This document shows positions 61,856 to 64,000 of a stretch of 64,000 nucleotides of DNA, one piece after another. Origin of the DNA: Entomortierella parvispora E1425. Lineage: Eukaryota > Fungi > Mortierellomycota. The translations under genes and the position numbers were made by a program. The DNA is taken from contig BQFW01000004.1 of assembly GCA_020891255.1 (NCBI GenBank), positions 62,001 through 126,000 on the forward strand. The letters are read 5' to 3'. The notes beneath the pieces were generated by a model. That model ran no database searches, was not told the origin of the DNA, and saw only the letters and a program-made list of their open reading frames with translations. How positions within the stretch are numbered: the stretch's first letter is position 1; each line of letters begins with the position of its first letter.

Positions 61856-63700
61856 TTATTGTCTCTTGTATTCAATATTGGCCTCGCTCACCACGATGGC
61901 CACCGCAGACCCGTCCGCATCGGTTTTGAATTCGAGCAGTGAGGCACAGGGGATGGCGGTCACATTCATCTTTACGAGGAACACGTTCTGGTGATAATGC
62001 TCCACTTGGTACTCTTTATCCCAGATCGTAAAGAACAGCTTGTCGTCCTCAGATCGGACAGAGATGGTCTCGTAAAGAGGATGAGTGTAACGACCCTCGA
62101 AAGCGCTCAAAGGAAGGGTCATGGGCTTGTCGGCCATTCGTTCCGGAAGGTGCTTTCCGACGCCCAAACCAATGTAAAGGTCAGTTTCCTCCTGGACATC
62201 TTTCACAGAGGCCTCGATCCAATCGTAGGTCTTTGGGAGATCCAAAAGCGCGTCCGCAATCATGTAAAGGAGGCGGGACCCAAGTTGGACCGGCAACCGG
62301 TTGATGAGAGTGGCAACGACCAAGTCCGAATCTGGCATTATCCCCAGATAAGAGGTGACTCCTGCCAATCCTCCATCTAGTTTCCCCACGGTATGAAAAT
62401 GTTATGAAATCAGGACCTGCTTGTTCTTTCGCTTCCCTGAAAAAAAAAAAAAAAAAAAAAAAAAACTTACCATGCCAGTACAACGGCTGTCCCTTATAAG
62501 AGTCAACGGTCCATCCAAGACCATAAGCCATGAAGGGAGAAAACCCTGTGGGCCGTTTGGAGCTCAAGTCCATGATGGTGTGTGGTTTCAAGACTTGCTC
62601 GACGCTTGCCTTGTCCAAGACCTGTTTACCGTCCAATTGTCCCAGGTCCAAGACCGTCTTGCCCCATCGGACCAGATCCAGCACATTGGAATACATGCTC
62701 CCGGCCGCCGCCAAGCGAGTGTAGTCTTCTGATTGCACAATCCGCGTAAACTCGCCCCTTTGAGCGGCCTCAAACGACTCTGTCTCAAAGGGTTGCGTAT
62801 GATTCGCAAGAGTCCACCTCTCGTCCGCGGTAAAGCCAGAGTTGTGGAGTCCCAGGGGTTCCAGAACCTTTTGCCGGACAAGGTCCTCATATGGCATACC
62901 CGCCACCCTCGCGCCCGCCTCGCCCGCGACGGTGTACATGGCGTTGTTGTAAATGGTCTTGGCGCCAAGCTTTGAAGGCTGATCGGAAAATCGCAGTCGC
63001 GACAAAAGCTCATTCAAAGGAGCCTTGCTGCACAAAAAAGGAACACTCACTTCTCCAGGCACGCCCTGCAACGAAAAAACAATTGGTTGTGAGCATTCGA
63101 TTCGAAAAAAAAATAATGTTGAATGTTGAAGTAAGGTTTTGGGGCTCCGAGAGGCGAGAGGGGGCAGAAGGGTTTAGAGGGATTACCGTTCGATGGGAGA
63201 GGAGGTCGGCAAGGGTCACTTGAGAAGTCAAGACAGGGTCCTTAAGCGCAAACTCTGGGAGATAGGTCGAGATGGGAGTGGTGTCCCAGTCCATCTTGCC
63301 CTCCGCGACCAATTGGGCCAAAGCCATGGCCGTGAAGGACTTTGTGACGGAGGCAATGGGTGACAATGTCTACATAGAAGCATCCAAAACGAAAAGAAAA
63401 AAAAAAAAGCACAAAGTTAATCCTCCCATCCCTGCATTTGCCTGGCTCGCTCTCCCTATCTCTCTCTCTTCCCCTTTTCTTTACCTCTGGTGTGAACGGA
63501 TCATTCTTTTCGTTTCGCTTGCCAAACCCCTCGGCAAAGATCAGCTCGTTCTTGTGAAGAACAGCGATGCTCATGCCTGGAACGCCACATTGAATCCTGG
63601 CCTTGTCGATCAAGGCTGGCAAATCCGACCAGAAAGTCGATCGGTTGATTCTAGTTGGTGCCGCTGTGGCGGCACTTCTCAGGAGGAGGGATGGAAACAT
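61856..63700 (-). CDS. Beta-lactamase/PBP-fold serine hydrolase (class C-like) with a DUF3471-like C-terminus
   Basis: VPGMSIAV, SxxK (IASVTKSF), LLSHRTG, YxN (IYNNAMY), AAGSMYSNVLDL, YGLGW and spliced WHDGG. C-terminal FEGRYTHPLY. Three GT-AG introns. Confidence 0.9.
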
Positions 63701-64000
63701 TTTTTTTTTGTTTTAATGAAGGAGAGGAAAGAGAGATCAAAGTGGGAATGAAAGAAAGAAGCAAAAAAAAAAAAAAACTGAAAAAGGCGAAAAACGATGG
63801 AAAAGGAGAGCACCCTTCGCCCTGCCTCGAGGCTGATTTCTGGCGTTGGCCGGATCAGACAGAAACGGTAGACAACTTGCACACGTTACACAGACCACGC
63901 CACTTGCAACAAAAACCCGTAGGACTCTTCACCACAGATCACTCTCAAGAGGAACAGCATGGGCCATGGAGGATATTTTAAAAGTATCTTGTCATCTTTG

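Overview
Intron-rich fungal genomic DNA. Short GT-AG introns, long A/T homopolymers, F-box/LRR orphans and a beta-lactamase-fold gene suggest Mortierellaceae or a relative (inference). About 18 host genes can be assembled: SNF2-RING helicase (partial), a small CaaX protein, MFS transporter, HMT1/ABCB6, amino-acid permease plus a frameshifted relic copy, TatD, OPT/YSL transporter, USP deubiquitinase, PA2G4, CYP450, two F-box/LRR proteins, IMPACT, VIP1, a P2C-like ATPase, a RhoGAP-like protein, a MARVEL-like protein, a DUF4097-like protein and a beta-lactamase-like hydrolase. The most notable items are: (1) a young 3,976-bp Ty3/Gypsy element (51316-55291) with identical 303-bp LTRs, a GCAT TSD and one open 1123-codon ORF in which most of RT, all of RNase H and the integrase N-terminus are deleted in frame; (2) a candidate intronic C/D snoRNA in PA2G4 antisense to 18S rRNA; (3) a 145-aa orphan ending in CCCIIS that needs a GC-AG intron; (4) a RhoGAP-like domain with Lys at the arginine-finger position. 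No CRISPR, rRNA or tRNA genes were recognised. All family calls come from motif recognition by eye, with no database search.
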